Shown: one piece after another, positions 62,515 to 64,000 of the stretch
Position numbering within the stretch: position 1 is the first letter of the stretch
Layout: each line of letters opens with the position of its first letter
DNA from: Macrostomum lignano
Lineage: Eukaryota
Direction of reading: 5' to 3'
Length of the DNA stretch: 64,000 bases
Assembly (NCBI GenBank): GCA_002269645.1
Contig: NIVC01000084.1
Location: forward strand, 1,056,144 to 1,120,143
Program-made: the position numbers and the translations under genes
Notes under the pieces: model-generated
Told to the model about the DNA's origin: nothing
What the model saw: only the letters and a program-made list of their open reading frames with translations
Databases searched by the model: none

Positions 62515-63105
62515 ATGCTGGCCTGCTCATGCTGGCCTGCTCATGCTGGCCTGCTCATGCTGGCCTGATTATGCTGGCCTGATTATGCTGGCCTGCTCAT
62601 GCTGGCCTGATTATGCTGGCCTGCTCATACTGACCTGCTCATCTGGCCTGATTATGCTGGCCTGATTATGCTGGCCTGATTATGCCGGCCTGCTCATGCT
62701 GGCCTGATTATGCTGGCCTGCTCATACTGACCTGCTCATCTGGCCTGATTATGCTGGCCTGCTCATACTGACCTGCTCATCTGGCCTGATTATGCTGGCC
62801 TGATTATGCTGGCCTGATTATGCCGCCTGCTCATGCTGGCCTGATTATGCTGGCCTGCTCATACTGACCTGCTCATCTGGCCTGATTATGCTGGCCTGAT
62901 TATGCTGGCCTGACTACATGTATGCTGGCCTGATTATGCTGGCCTGCTCATACTGGCCTGCTCATGCTGGCCAGCTCATGCTGGCCTTCTCATGCTGGCC
63001 TGCTCATGCTGGCCTGCTCATGCTGGCCTGATTATGCTGGCCTGCTCATGCTGGCCTGATTATGCTGGTCTGCTCATACTGGCCTGATTATGCTGGCCTG
63101 CTTAT
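62515..63105. repeat. 14-bp two-variant minisatellite (CTGGCCTGATTATG / CTGGCCTGCTCATG)
   Basis: Direct reading. Confidence 0.93.
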
Positions 63106-63674
63106 TCTGCGCACACTTGCCCGCGTTACCGCTGAGCTGATACCCAGAAAACTAAGTTTGCCTGCCATATTTGCTAGGCCAGATGCTGAGTAGAAAGACA
63201 ATGAGGAATGCTCAAAACATTTAGTCTCCGGTTCTGTTAGATCAAGGCACGCTTAAAAGTGTGAGAAATTTCGTAAGAGACATTTTTATTTTGGAATGGT
63301 ACTGACACGCTAATACAGGAATTGTCACTGAAAGCTGTTAATTAAATGATAACACCTAGCCAAATATATTCTGAGGTGCATAGGCCAATTATAACAATAA
63401 TTATATAATAATAATAATATAATACATATTCTAATACAAAACGACAACAAAGGAGCACGGCAAATGATGGCTACATGCAAGCTAAGCATTTGTGCTGTGT
63501 GCGAGGGCTACCACACGTGACAGAATGTTTACATTTGGCATTGTTTAAAAACATCCAAGCTACGGGCGTACATTTACATGTACTAATCCTACCGAAGAAA
63601 ACTACAAATTCTAAACCGCATAAATGCACGCGCTGGCTTCAGGAAGCTGAGTCAGGTACAGTGCTAAGCAACAC

Positions 63675-64000
63675 TGATATTGGCCACACTGACACCCATA
63701 TTGGCCACACTGACACCCATATTGGCCACACTGACACTCATATTGGCCAGTGGCCACACTGACACCCATATTGGCCAGTGGCCACACTGACACCTATATT
63801 GGCCACACTGACACCCATATTGGCCACACTGACACTCATATTGGCCACACTGACACCCATATTGGCCACACTGACACCCATATTGGCCACACTAACACCC
63901 ATATTGGCCACACTGACACTCATATTGGCCACACTGACACCCATATTGGCCACACTGACACCCATATTGCCACACTGACACCCGTATTGGCCACACTGAC
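63675..64000. repeat. 21-bp minisatellite (TATTGGCCACACTGACACCCA), runs off the window end
   Basis: Direct reading. Confidence 0.93.

Overview
Eukaryotic (animal) genomic window. GC-rich spliced host exons, intronic minisatellites, an ankyrin-Mab21 gene and a divergent orphan GPCR resemble a free-living flatworm such as Macrostomum; this is an inference only. The main feature is a complete 19.6-kb Polinton/Maverick (adintovirus-like endogenous virus, 3802-23383) bounded by 84-bp perfect TIRs starting AGTAGT. Its core genes are pPolB, PLA2-like protein, packaging ATPase, minor and major capsid proteins, rve integrase-chromodomain and adenain-type protease. It also carries an unusual accessory arm: three genes with phase-compatible GT-AG introns that the ORF track misses or splits (an orphan, a membrane protein and an SSB-like protein), a divergent TATA-binding-protein (TBP) homolog, and a dUTPase. 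The element has no TSD and its right end abuts the middle of an exon of a host DDX31/DBP7 helicase gene. Most frameshifts in the element can be repaired by adding one base in a short run, which suggests consensus error rather than decay. The host side contains a young 5'-truncated LINE (EN-RT-RNase H) with a 14-bp TSD, a muscarinic acetylcholine receptor with tandemly duplicated splice acceptors, a THAP-only P-element derivative with an 8-bp TSD, a secreted PAN + ALK/LTK-type Gly-rich protein, a disrupted ankyrin-cGAS-like receptor (Mab-21) gene, a degenerate LINE, an orphan GPCR and many minisatellites. All protein-family assignments come from motif recognition by eye; no database searches were run.
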